Source: Malacoraja senta (taxonomy: Eukaryota). Taken from it: a stretch of DNA of 64,000 nucleotides. The translations under genes and the position numbers were made by a program. Of the stretch, positions 52,075-63,010 are shown in pieces (position 1 is the stretch's first letter; the number at the start of each line of letters is the position of its first letter). The notes under the pieces were generated by a model. The model was not told where the DNA came from. It was given only the letters and a program-made list of their open reading frames with translations, and did no database searches. The stretch covers positions 1,364,001 through 1,428,000 of the forward strand of contig CM075998.1 of the NCBI GenBank assembly GCA_038087875.1, in the 5' to 3' direction.

Positions 52075-52254
52075 AGCCCGTGGAGCCCTCATCATTTGCC
52101 TGAAGATTGCTGTGCAGGACATGAAGCCACATTGAACTCGGAATCAAGCCTCACTTCCCGAGTCTGTGAATTCTGCCAGGCCGTGTTTCCAGCCGGAGCG
52201 GCAACCCGAGGTGATTACTTGGTGCACCTCACTGGACATATTGAATGCGATTAA
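52075..52254 (+). CDS. TANK: TANK-like adaptor, last coding exon (UBZ-type C2H2 zinc finger)
   Basis: Acceptor ...gaccacag|AGC, phase 0. Translates SPWSPHH...SRVCEFCQAVFPAGAATRGDYLVHLTGHIECD*, matching the TANK C-terminus RVCEFCQAVFP..RGD.L.HL..H. Not listed in the ORF track. Confidence 0.92.
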   Translation, partial: SPWSPHHLPEDCCAGHEATLNSESSLTSRVCEFCQAVFPAGAATRGDYLVHLTGHIECD

Positions 52255-52789
52255 CCCCTGTGGCCACATCTTGGGGCATCTTGCTAACTAACCACTGCAA
52301 GAACAATGAGCAGAGCAGAACTGGGATTAAGATGCACACTGGCCGTGTGTGGTGAAGCTGCGCAATAGTTGGGATGCAAGATGCTCAAACTGAACATAAA
52401 GCATGACACCGGCAGATGGGGCTGGAAGTGGGGGAAGAGGTAATTAAACTATGTGAGATGAACAGAATTTGCTTTGCACAAGGCCACTTTATACTCTTAG
52501 GTATTGCAGAGAACAGATGGCTGGAAGAGCGTGCTCCATAGAATAATTTGCAGCAGGAGTGTGTTACCAGGCAGTGACTCATCAGGGAGGGTTCACATTA
52601 CACTGTCAACAAAAAGAGTAGCTTTTCTGTTTCAGACAGATAAACCTGGAGACATGTAAAATGAACCACCATGACATTATATTATATTCCATTTGACCTC
52701 CGCTGCAGTAATATATATTGTCATGTTCACTACTATATTATCTTAGATCAGAGAATAAGATAGTACAGATGGGGGCCATTTAACAGATT

Positions 52790-53015
52790 AAAAAGACACA
52801 AAGTGCTGGAATCATTTAGCGGGTCAGGCAGTATCTCTGGAGAACATGGATAGGTGACGTTTCAGGTCAGGACCACTCTCCAGTTTGAAGAATGGTCCCG
52901 ACCCAAATCGTCACCTATCCATGTTCTCGAGGGATGCTGTCTGATTCGCTGAGTTATTCCAGCACTTTGTGTCTTTTTTTTGTAAACCAGCATTTGCAGT
53001 TCCTTGTGTTTGTCA
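52790..53015. mobile_element. Penelope-derived fold-back repeat
   Basis: aaaagacacaaagtgctggaat...attccagcactttgtgtctttt inverted arms. Confidence 0.8.
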
Positions 53016-53764
53016 TTTAACACATGATGGTTGCATTGGCTCCCTTTAAGGGCTATCCATTCAGTTTCCTTTTCCTTTATTTCTGCACCTTGTCGCATTT
53101 CAAGAATTTATCTGATTCTCATTTTGAAAATTATTATTGTATCTGCTTGGACCATTTTTTTAAAAAGAAATGACAGTCAAATTCTAACAAATTCCTATCT
53201 ATTTCTTTTGCTGCTTTTTTTTGCCAATTATGTTGAAAATGTTACCTTTCCATTGCTGACACTGTTGGTGAAAATACCGTCATCTTATGTAATGCAGCCA
53301 AAACCTTCACGACTAAGATCGCGTTTTTAAAATGAACTCATTAGATCTGTGCGTCTGACAAGGCCAACATTTATTGCCCCTCTAATTGCCCTCTTCAGTG
53401 GATAACCAGCATCTGCAGTTCCTTTCTATACCTTCTATATAATCTGGGAAGGAAATGCAGATTGATATTCCTGCATAACAAGGAGGAAGCAAAAGCTGCA
53501 CGTTTTTGCTGTCAAATGGCCGGAGAGAAGGTTGCTTCTCATCAAAAGCAGCCCTTGTACCTTGTGCGATTGAAGTTGATTCAATCGCGATTGTGCGATG
53601 AAGTTGCCTAATTGGGGGCCAGGTATCCACAGTGGCAATGAGTCTTCTCGCGCCACTGATACTGGGCACGCCTGATTTTTTTAGATTGGCTCGTGGCTGG
53701 CAGCAACACGATGCCTGCTCGCTACAAGCGCATGGGCTGTCCCTGTGTGGTCACTTTACATCTT

Positions 53765-54095
53765 CAGGTTACGCTCTAACTTCTGAGTCAAAAGTCCTGC
53801 TTGAGAGCCTTGAACACAATGACCACAGCTTATAGTATGTTCCGAATGCAAACTGCGATCCCACAGCACTACTGCAAAGAAGCATGGGGAATTCACCTTG
53901 GTGTCTTGCGGTTAATATTTTTCAATCGACCAATATCATTAAATTGGTTGTTTGGTTGCTGCTTGCTGCAGGTTGGAGCTTGCTGTACGCAAATTAGCTG
54001 CTGTGCCTTGTACATTACAACAGTGACAACATTAAAGGTTCTTCAACGGCTATACGACATGAACAGTGGCTGCAAAAAGCGCAACAGCAATACAA
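53765..54095 (+). mobile_element. Ancient Deu-domain (SacSINE1-like) SINE
   Basis: ttgctgtacgcaaattagctgctgtgcc...tacattacaacagtgac resembles the Deu domain (recalled consensus). Confidence 0.6.
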
Positions 54096-55384
54096 CGTAT
54101 TTTGGCTATCTATCTGTATAGCTATTGGTTTACATGGAACCTCCTGCTGCTCCATATACTTGCTCAGCACAGAACAAGTTCAGGCTTTGCTTGTTTTGCT
54201 TTTTGGTCCCAGAAGATGTTCTACGATCATCCACTAACAATTTCTAATAATGTTATATTCTGCACTCTGGTATTCATCTCTTTGCACAACCTGCTGTAAT
54301 TGTGTGAGGTTTGATTGTACTCGTGTATAGTATCATTTGACTGGATCGCACACAGAAAAGGCTGCCCGCTGTATGTCAGCACTCGTGGCAATAGTAAACC
54401 AATACCACCACTAAAGTCAAGTTTATTGTCACATGCACAAATACAGTGAGTTATAGGTTCAATTAAAATCTTGCTCGCAGCAGCATCAGAGTCAGACAAC
54501 ACACAAAAACATAAATTACAAAAAGAAACAAATATATCTGGCAAAAACAAGACATTAGTGCAAAATAGATAACTGAGCATATTTCTACTTTATGCTCAAT
54601 CTGCCACGCTGCAGCCCAGTCATCCAGCTTATCTTTATCCCTCTGAAGCCTCTTTGCATCTTTACCACTACTCACATTTTCCTAGTTTTGTATCATCAGC
54701 AAACTCAGAAATATGACACAGCAAACTCAGAAATATGACATTTTTTGTAAATAGCTGGGCCTCCCAGCCCTGAGTTCCTTCACACCTTGGACAAACACCG
54801 CAATCTTCCAGTACTTGATGTTGTGAGGTTCATCCGTCTGGAGGCTGCACATTGGGGCTCTAATACTCTCACGTGGGGGTGGGTTTATGGTATTCCTCTC
54901 GGACCTCTCCTCTACTTGGCTAATACCGGTCCCTGATCTATGCTGCCCCCTTGTCACAATTGTGTTCCCTTCCCATGTCAGTTTTCCCTCTCCTCCTGAT
55001 ACCGATCTACGACGGGTGATCCCTTCTCCTGCTGTTCCCCTGATCGTACCAGTGAACTTCCAACTTCTACACCAGCCTCCATTACAGAGCTACAATATAA
55101 AAAGTACCGTGACAGCAATTTAGCACTTCCTTTGCGGTCTCTTGAGGCACCCTCTCCATGTATGTCACCTTCTGCATTAAGAGTGTTAGTGAGCTGACTG
55201 GGTCCCTCTGTCTGCCTGCGTGTTGGAGAAGGAGACTCCGAAGGTTTAACCTGAGTCCAGTGCTTCCACTGCCAGGTCTACACACAGTGGCCCGTATTGG
55301 TCAGGAGCACTAGCATTTGGTCTTGTTCGCCTTAACCTGTCAGAGACCTCCCTTACCATCACGTGGTCAACTAGGTGAAGGATG

Positions 55385-55848
55385 ATTATCTTCTCACACT
55401 CTCTGTTTCACTCTGGGTAACAGTGACCACTGCTCAGGGTGTCTCCACTCTAGTATAGAGTGGCCAGTGCCCACAGTATCCCACTCTGGTGATGCAGTGG
55501 CCACTGGGTATCCCACTTTGAGAGAGGGTAGACAAAAGTGCTGGAGAAACTCAGCGGGTGCAGCAGCATCTAAGGAGCGAAGAAAATAGGCAACGTTTCG
55601 GCCCGAAACGTTGCCTATTTCCTTCGCTCCTTAGATGATGCTGCACTCGCTGATTTTCTCCAGCACTTTTGTCTACCTTCGATTTTCCAGCATCTGCAGT
55701 TCCTTCTTAACCACTTTGAGAGAGGTTGACCAGCATCCAGGTCATCCCACTGCAGGACAGTGACCAGTTCCTTGGACATCCTTCCCTGGAACAGAGTGAC
55801 CACTGCCCAGGATATCCCAGTCTAGAACAGAATGGCTACTGCCCAGGA
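55385..55848. repeat. Degenerate ~35-bp minisatellite interrupted by a fold-back insertion
   Basis: Recurring cactct...agtg(a/g)ccactgcccag..tatcc. Confidence 0.65.
55528..55710. mobile_element. Penelope-derived near-perfect fold-back insertion with 15-bp TSD
   Basis: CCACTTTGAGAGAGG at 55513-55527 and 55711-55725; arms centred on CAACGTTTCGGCCCGAAACGTTG. Confidence 0.87.
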
Positions 55849-55854
55849 CACGGA

Positions 55855-56030
55855 CCTTTGCTGTTTGTGATACATGCAGTGTATAAATGACCTGCGCGTA
55901 AATGTAGACGCGTTGTTGAGTAAGTTTGCTGACGACACCAAAATTGGAGGAGTTGCAGACAGTGAGGAAGGCTATCGGAAGATACAGCGAGATATAGATC
56001 AGCTGCAGAAACGGGCAGAGAAATGGCAGT
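55855..56030 (+). mobile_element. CR1 RT fragment
   Basis: INDL...SKFADDTKIGGVADSEEG. Confidence 0.85.
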
Positions 56031-56439
56031 CCTCGCTGATGAAAGACAGCGGAGGAAGGTCAGCAGTCGACTCTCAACTGGAGCCATAAGGCAGCATCGG
56101 TATAACAGGTATGAAATGTTATTGAATAGGTATTTGTGTAAGTTAAGTTGTTTTTCCTCTGAACTGAATATGATGACTAAATTTTGCAAATTACTGCCTG
56201 ATAAATAAATATATTCTTTTTTTGGCTATACTGTCTGCATTGTGTTGCATTTTTTTGACAAATTCATCCTTCATCTATAAGATTGATTCCACTTCCCATG
56301 TGTTAACCAATTGTTATAGCACATGTTGGCTCTGGCACTTAGATTCGTAGAGTTATGCAGCACGGAAACAGGCCCTTCGGCGCAACTTGTCCCTGCTGAC
56401 CAAATTGCCGAGTCCCACTAGTTTCACCATGTAGAAATT

Positions 56440-57055
56440 ACAGCAGTGTTTATACACAATCCTTCCATGTCAGGGCACCATAATGTTTGGGACACAGCAA
56501 TGTAATGTATATTAAAGTAGTCATGTTTAGTATTTTATTGCAGATCCTTTGCATTCAATGACTGCTTGAAGTCTGCGATTCATGGACATCACCAGTTGCT
56601 GGGTGTCTTCTCTGGTGATGCTCTGCCAGGCCTGTATTGCAGCCATCTTTAGCTTACGCTTGTTTTGGGGGCTAGTACCCTTCAGTTTTCTCTTCAGCAT
56701 ATAAAAGGCATGCTCAATTGGGTTTAGATCGGGTGATTGACTTGGCCACTCAAGAATTGACCATTTTTTAGCTTTGAAAAAATCCTTTGTTGCTTTAGCA
56801 GTATGTTTGGGATCATTGTCTTGCTGTAGAATGAACCGCCGGCCAATGAGTTTTGAGGCATTTGTTTGAACTTGAGCAGATTGGATGTGTCTATCATTAT
56901 GCTACTACCATCAGCAGTTGTATCATCAATAAAGATAAGTGAGCCAGTACCTTCAGCAGCCATTCATGGCCAGGCCATAACACTCCCACCACTGTTTCAC
57001 AGATGAGATGGTATGCTTTGGATCTTGGGCAGTTCCTTCTCTCCTCCATACTTTG
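56440..57055 (-). mobile_element. Tc1/mariner transposase remnant
   Basis: - strand FILQQDNDPKHTAK...WPSQSPDLNPIEH...MNRRLQAVIECKG; deleted and frameshifted upstream. Confidence 0.9.
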
Positions 57056-57057
57056 CT

Positions 57058-57770
57058 CAGCCATGATCACATCGAATGGCGGTGCTGGCTCGAAGGGCCG
57101 AATGTCCCACTACTGCACCTATTGTCTATTGTCTATTGTCTATAACACCATGACCGATGAAGCCAAGTGTGCCAAACACCTTCTTCACCACTCTGTCCTC
57201 CTGTGTTGCTGCTTTCACAGAACTGTATACCTGTATCCCAACAATACACTTCCCAAGGCTCGACCATTTACTGTGTAAGTCCTATCCTGGTTTGTCCTAC
57301 CAATATGCAACATTTTACATTTATTTGAATTAAACTTCATCTGCCATTGCTCAGCCCATTTTACCAATTGATCAAGATCCTGTTGTAATTTTAGATAACT
57401 TTCTTCATTTTACCAACAATTTTAGCGTCATCTGCAAACTTCCTAACCATGCCACCTACATTCACATGCAAATTGTTAATATAAATACCAAAGGACAGTG
57501 GACCCAACACCAATCCCTGTGGTATACACCTCGTTACCGGCCTCCTTTCTGTGAAACAACTCTACCACCACCCTGTCTCCTACCTTCAAGACAATTTTGT
57601 ATCCTAGTGGCTAGCTTGCCCTGGATCCCGTGTGATCAAACTTTCCAAACCAGGCTACCAAACATCTCAACTGTGGCACGAATTTCTGCCTCCCCCAGCC
57701 TTTCACAGAATGTGTTCCAGACCCCAGCCACACTTTAGGTGAAAGAAAAAAGTATTCTCATCTTCCCTCC
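57058..57770. mobile_element. CR1 tail (+, to ~57140) followed by - strand CR1 fragments
   Basis: (CTATTGT)n tail; reverse KFADDAK motif near 57430. Confidence 0.75.
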
Positions 57771-58904
57771 CACCCTTCTTCCTTTTCCTCTGATTTACTT
57801 CTTCAAATTAAATTATTTTTGTAACTGTGAGCACCATCCCTAAAATGTCCAACTTTATTTTTAGATGGCTGGATCGCACTTTTATGAAGAATACTCAGCA
57901 GCTCTCTGGGAAGATTTTGTGTCTTTCTCCTTCTTCCCATTCTTGACAAGCTTTAGAATATTTGCAGAACATCTTGCCATCTGCCCCATGTACAGTAAGT
58001 GTTCTCACTGCATAGTTTAGTTTGCTCGCTCTGTGCAAGATATATAAATCCTGTTTTAACATTTCAATTGTGACCTTATTACTAAGTTGAAAAGGAGTCC
58101 TCACTTTTGATTCGGTTTAATTTGCGACAACTAAACCAGATTTAGTTACACAATTACTATTAATTACACAAGAGGGCAGCAGAGTTCTTTATTAGAGGTT
58201 GTGAAGAGAGAGATTTGAAATTGTAGATCAGAAATTAATTTAATGCAAAGTAATAGTTTTGTTATAGTCAAATAAACTAAGAGCCATTAGAAGTTATTTA
58301 AGTCAAACGAACTGCGTCCTTAAAAATGCACTGTTTTTTTCTGTCTTGTCTTTAAAAATAATCCACTGCAGGGCTGTTATACCAAGGTTTTGAATTGAGG
58401 CTGAGAATTTTAAAAATGCTGGAAATCTGAAATAAAAACAGAAAATGCTGGAAACACACAGTAGGTTGGTTCTGCTCTAGCAAAGAGTTCTGGACCTGAA
58501 ACATAACTGTTTTTCGCACCACACACGCTGCTTGACCTGCTGAGTGTTTCCAACAATTCCTGTTTTTAATTTTAAAGTGTAGCTTTCACGGACAAAAGGA
58601 CAGAATCTGAGCATGTGATTTTCTCCAAACGTTGCTGCAGATCCTGGAAACATGGCAGGGTATGAATGATTTTATCTATTTTACACACTGCACCTAGCTT
58701 TTGTACGTCTCTCTCGTGTATGATCAAGAGAGCGTCTAACTATGTTTTGTGGGAATGTTTTTGGTTTGAGGATTGTTGCAGATGGATTGAAGTGTTTGTG
58801 AGCAACTATGCATCTTTTCTTTTATTGGAATATATTGTTTTGGACTCTTTTTACGTTACTTGTGGTAATGTACCGATTTAACCTGAAAGGTGAGACCTCT
58901 GTTT

Positions 58905-59215
58905 GGTTTAGTTCAGTTTAGAGATACAGCACCAAACCAGGCCCTTCGGCCCACAAGTCCACGCCGACCAGCGATCCCCACACATTAACACTATCCTACA
59001 CACACTTGGGACAAATTACAATTATATCCAGTCAATTAACCTACAAACCTGTATGTCTTTGGAGTGTGGATGGAAACCGGAGCACCCGGAGAAAACGCAA
59101 GCGGTCACGGGGAGAACATACAAACTCTGGACAGACAAGCACCCGTAGTCAGGATCGAACCAGGGTCTCTGGCGATGTGACGCAGCACTCTACTGCTGTG
59201 CCACCGTGCCGCCCC
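58905..59215 (-). mobile_element. HE1-like SINE
   Basis: Reverse full-length match to 23660-24008. Confidence 0.85.
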
Positions 59216-59515
59216 TCTGCTTAAGCTTCACATTATTCCATCGACGTGAAAACTTCTCTGCTGCCTTCAAAGGCCATTTCAATTTTATTTCAAATGTATT
59301 TCTTTGCATGATTCAGAGGGAGCGCAGTGTTCCTTTTGCTTTGGGAGCCTGGCTTCACACTGGGATTCAGTTAAACTCTGCCAGTGGTATCACACCTTCT
59401 AGCTTCTGAGTCATCTCTCAAGAGCACTATACGTATGAAACTGCTTATTTTTAATGCAAAGCTGATAAATTCAGGTACCCACAAATGATCAGTATCCAAC
59501 TCCAGTAGATTGTTG

Positions 59516-59607
59516 GTACACAAAAATGCTGGAGAAACTCAGCGGGTGCAGCAGCATCTATGGAGCGAAGGAAATAGGTAACGTTCCGGGCCGAAACCCT
59601 TCTTCAG
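59516..59607 (-). mobile_element. ~92-bp hammerhead-bearing monomer with 17-bp TSD
   Basis: ACTCCAGTAGATTGTTG at 59499-59515 and 59608-59624. Core has GGAA instead of GAAA. Confidence 0.85.
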
Positions 59608-60211
59608 ACTCCAGTAGATTGTTGCTTTGAAACAGAGCAAAAAATCTACTTTTCATTTTTATTGCTATGTAGGAACAGTATTTACTGAGAGAAAATGCTT
59701 TTAAACCAGATCCTGTCAGTTACACAGGGATTCAGGCGGAGTGACAGATGTAGAATCCCTGCATATCATGGAAACTGGGAGTGCCTGGTTTAAAAGGGCT
59801 GTCAGCAAATACTGTTATTACGGAGAAATAAAAGCAGAAGAGGATTTTTTTGGTTTCAAAGCAAAGCGTACTGGAATTGGCTATTTGTCATTCATGAGCC
59901 CTTTTCTTGATCAGAGTGGGCATAACTGAAAAACAGTGAAAGCCTTCAACGTGTAAGCTTAAAATATTTTTAAATATTATGAATTTATAAGCTATTCCAG
60001 TGAGTCATTCAAGTAACAAAGTCATGATATTGTCAGAGACTTGATTATAAAGGCCAAGGTTAGACTGATGCTATTGTTTAAGGAATGTGGGAGGAAACCG
60101 GAGCCCCCAGAGAAAGCCCATGCGGTCACAGGAAGAACGTACAAACTCCACACAGATAGTATCCGTAGTCAGGATCGAACAAGTAACTTTACCGCTGCCC
60201 CACGTGCCGCC

Positions 60212-60528
60212 TATGGAATGAATGGTGGGGAGTGTGGTCTGTGTGATGGACTGGGCTACATCTACAATGGTGGGGAGTGTGGTCTGTGTGATGGACTGGG
60301 CTACATCTACAATGGTGGGGAGTGTGGTCCGTGTGATGGACTGGGCCACATCTACAATGGTGGGGAGTGTGGTCTGTGTGATGGACTGGGCTACATCTAC
60401 ACCTCTCTGCAATTTCTTGCGGTCTTGGGCAGAGTTGTTCCCAAACCAAGCTGTGATGTATCCCGACAGTATGCTTTCTGTGGTGCATCTGAAGAAGTTT
60501 GTAAGGGTCATTGGAGACATGCCAAACG
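60212..60528 (-). mobile_element. Rex1/Babar-type RT C-terminal fragment
   Basis: FFRCTTESILSGYITAWFGNNSAQDRKKLQR. Confidence 0.8.
60221..60400. repeat. 4 x 45-bp tandem repeat
   Basis: Unit aatggtggggagtgtggtctgtgtgatggactgggctacatctac; copy 3 has two substitutions. Confidence 0.97.
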
Positions 60529-60529
60529 T

Positions 60530-60955
60530 TTCAGTTATGAAGAGAGTCTGGTTAGGCTGGGCTTTTCCTTGCAGTGTAGGAGATTGAGGGGTTCCTGCTT
60601 GAGGAATACACAATTTTGAGGGACGTAGCTAGAGTAGACAGTAGGAAACGTTCACCATCGCAGAGGTATCTAAAACCAGATGGCAGAGGTTTAGGGTGAG
60701 CAGTAAGAGCTGTAGAGGGAATCTGAGGGAGAATACTTTCATCTGGAGTGTGATTGGTATCTGGAACACGCTGCCTGAGGAAATGGTGGAGGCAGAGACT
60801 CTCGTGACTCTTAAGAAGTAGCCAGATTGGGACTTGGATTGCCAAGATGTTAAAGGCATGGGTCCATGGCTGCAAAATATGCTTAGTATAGATGAGTACT
60901 CAATGGCCAGCGTGGCCATGATGGGCCAAAGAGCCAGTTTCTGTTCTGTACATAG
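60530..60955 (+). mobile_element. CR1 LINE 3' fragment
   Basis: FSYEESLVRLGFSLQCRRLRG and a CR1-type tail. Confidence 0.8.
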
Positions 60956-62007
60956 AGTGAAATGTAGAACATCACCTCCCAAATACATGACCTTTACCAC
61001 CTCATGGGACAAGGGCAACTGGTGCATGGGAAAACCATTCCTGCAGGCTCCCCTCTAAGACGCCCCCTTTCCCGAGTTAGAAACAGGTCGCCCATCCTTC
61101 ATCATCACTGGTTCTGAATCCTGGAACTACCCCCCCCCCCTCCCCGCCAACAGCATTGGCTGGAAGGGCTGAAGGGTTGAAGAAGTCAGCTGACCTCCAC
61201 CTTCTCTGGGACAGTTAGGGATGGTTGATAAATATTTGCCTTGCCAGTGATACCCATATCCTGGGTATGATTTAGTTTTGTAAAAAGGTATTTTTAAACA
61301 TTTAAGTCGGGTGCGGAGAGGCCGTTTAATTAGTCTGCATTGCTGTTTTTTTGCTTAAAGACTTGAGGGATGCGGTGCAGTGTTTTCAGAGCTGTAAATA
61401 AATGGAGCTGTGCCCCATCTGGTGGATGGAAATGAAGAGATAATTTCAGTGCTGCCCTTCACTTGTCCTTGTTCTTGTGCTGCGAGCTGTCACCGGTAGC
61501 AATCGCTCCACTGGAAAGAATAAAACCGTTGCCTCTGTCTCCAATGATATCAGAAATTTCTGAAAGGTCTCTGTCTTCATTTGGTGGTCTCGTGCAGCTT
61601 TCCCAGCTTATTTAAAACAAAATCTTACATTTTCATAAATGTCTTATTACATCTCTGTGAAGTCCCAATGCACTTTACAATCAATGGGCATATAATGTAA
61701 ATTCATTATATTCATGAATGTTTTATTTATACATTGTTAACGTTGTTGGACTGTTTCCAGTTTCTGGGAACATTTCATTTTACTGAAGCTCAGTGTAAAC
61801 TGAATAGATCTGCAGGTGATGCCAGACTGCGTAGGGCAGAGCTGAATCTGTGGGAGAGGCTCAGCCAATGCACATACAACTCAGAGGCCAAACGTGGTAC
61901 GAATCACACTCCAGGAGAAGTGGTCAGAATATATGGTACTCTGGTCAATTCGATAAATTAGACTGAAGGAAGACAAAACATCAGACTCCATTACAAACGC
62001 CTCAGTT

Positions 62008-62310
62008 TTGATTGACTGATCGACAGATACAGCATGGAAACAGGCCCTTTGGCCCACCGAGTCCACAGATCATCAATCACCTGTTCACACAAGTTCTGTG
62101 TTATCCCACTTTTGCATCCATTCTTTACACACTATGGGCAATTTATAGTGGCCAATTAACCTACAAACCTGGGATGTGGAAAGAAACCGGAGTTCCCGGA
62201 GGAAACCCAAGCAGGCACAGGAGAACGTACAAAGTCCATACCCACGATGTCAGGATTGAACCCTGGTCTCTGAGGCAGTGGCTCTACATGCTACACCACT
62301 GTGCTACCCT
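62008..62310 (-). mobile_element. HE1-like SINE
   Basis: Reverse match. Confidence 0.78.
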
Positions 62311-62674
62311 GTGGTACTGTGTGCTTTTGTGGGATGCACACCATAGGAAGGATAGGCAGGCTTTCAAGAAGGTTTAATATAGATTCAGAAGGATTTTACC
62401 AGAAATACATATTTGAGAAAAGACAAAGTTTTGCACTTTTTACAATAACAACGCTATGATTTAAAATCCTGAAATGTTGGTTTAGAGTAGACAGAGGCAG
62501 CTTGTATCCAGTACTTCAGAGGTGAGGAACAAGTGGTCTTGGATGCAGAATTAAATGTAAGACTTCAACCAGACAACAGGATCTTCACTCCGAGAGTTGT
62601 GGAGTTCACAGTGGTTGACACAGACATTATTCAAAATTAGATTTAATTGAATGTTAAAGGAACAGGGAATACAT

Positions 62675-63010
62675 ACATACACTGATCTCACTATCTTCCA
62701 TGTCCATCTCCTTGGTGAATACTGATGTAAAATGCTTGTTTAGTACGTCACCTACATCCTTTGACTCCACGCATAAATTCCCTTCTTGATCCATAAGTGG
62801 TCCTACCCTCTCCCTAGCTATCTTCTTGTTTTTAATGTATGTATAAAATACATTGAGATTCTCTTTCATCTGACTTTCCAATGACAATTCATGGCCCCTT
62901 CTGGCCTTCCTAATTTCCTGCTTCAGTTCTTTCCTGCTTTCTTGATATTCCTCAAAGGTCCTGTCTGATGTCATCTTCCTGATCCTTATATATGCTTCCT
63001 CTTATTATTT
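62675..63010 (-). mobile_element. CR1 LINE ORF2 linker fragment
   Basis: RKELKQEIRKARRGHE...FYTYIKNKK...LNKHFTSVFTKE. Confidence 0.88.

Noticed and set aside
54697-54740. 22-bp direct duplication (also 1355-1381)
   Set aside because: Ordinary slippage duplications.
3703-59624. Dispersed palindromic repeats as CRISPR or terminators
   Set aside because: Eukaryotic DNA with no spacer periodicity; explained by Penelope terminal repeats.
60041-60619. 192-aa ORF with repeated CGLCDG (zinc-finger-like)
   Set aside because: It is the antisense reading of a tandemly duplicated LINE fragment fused to SINE and CR1 pieces.
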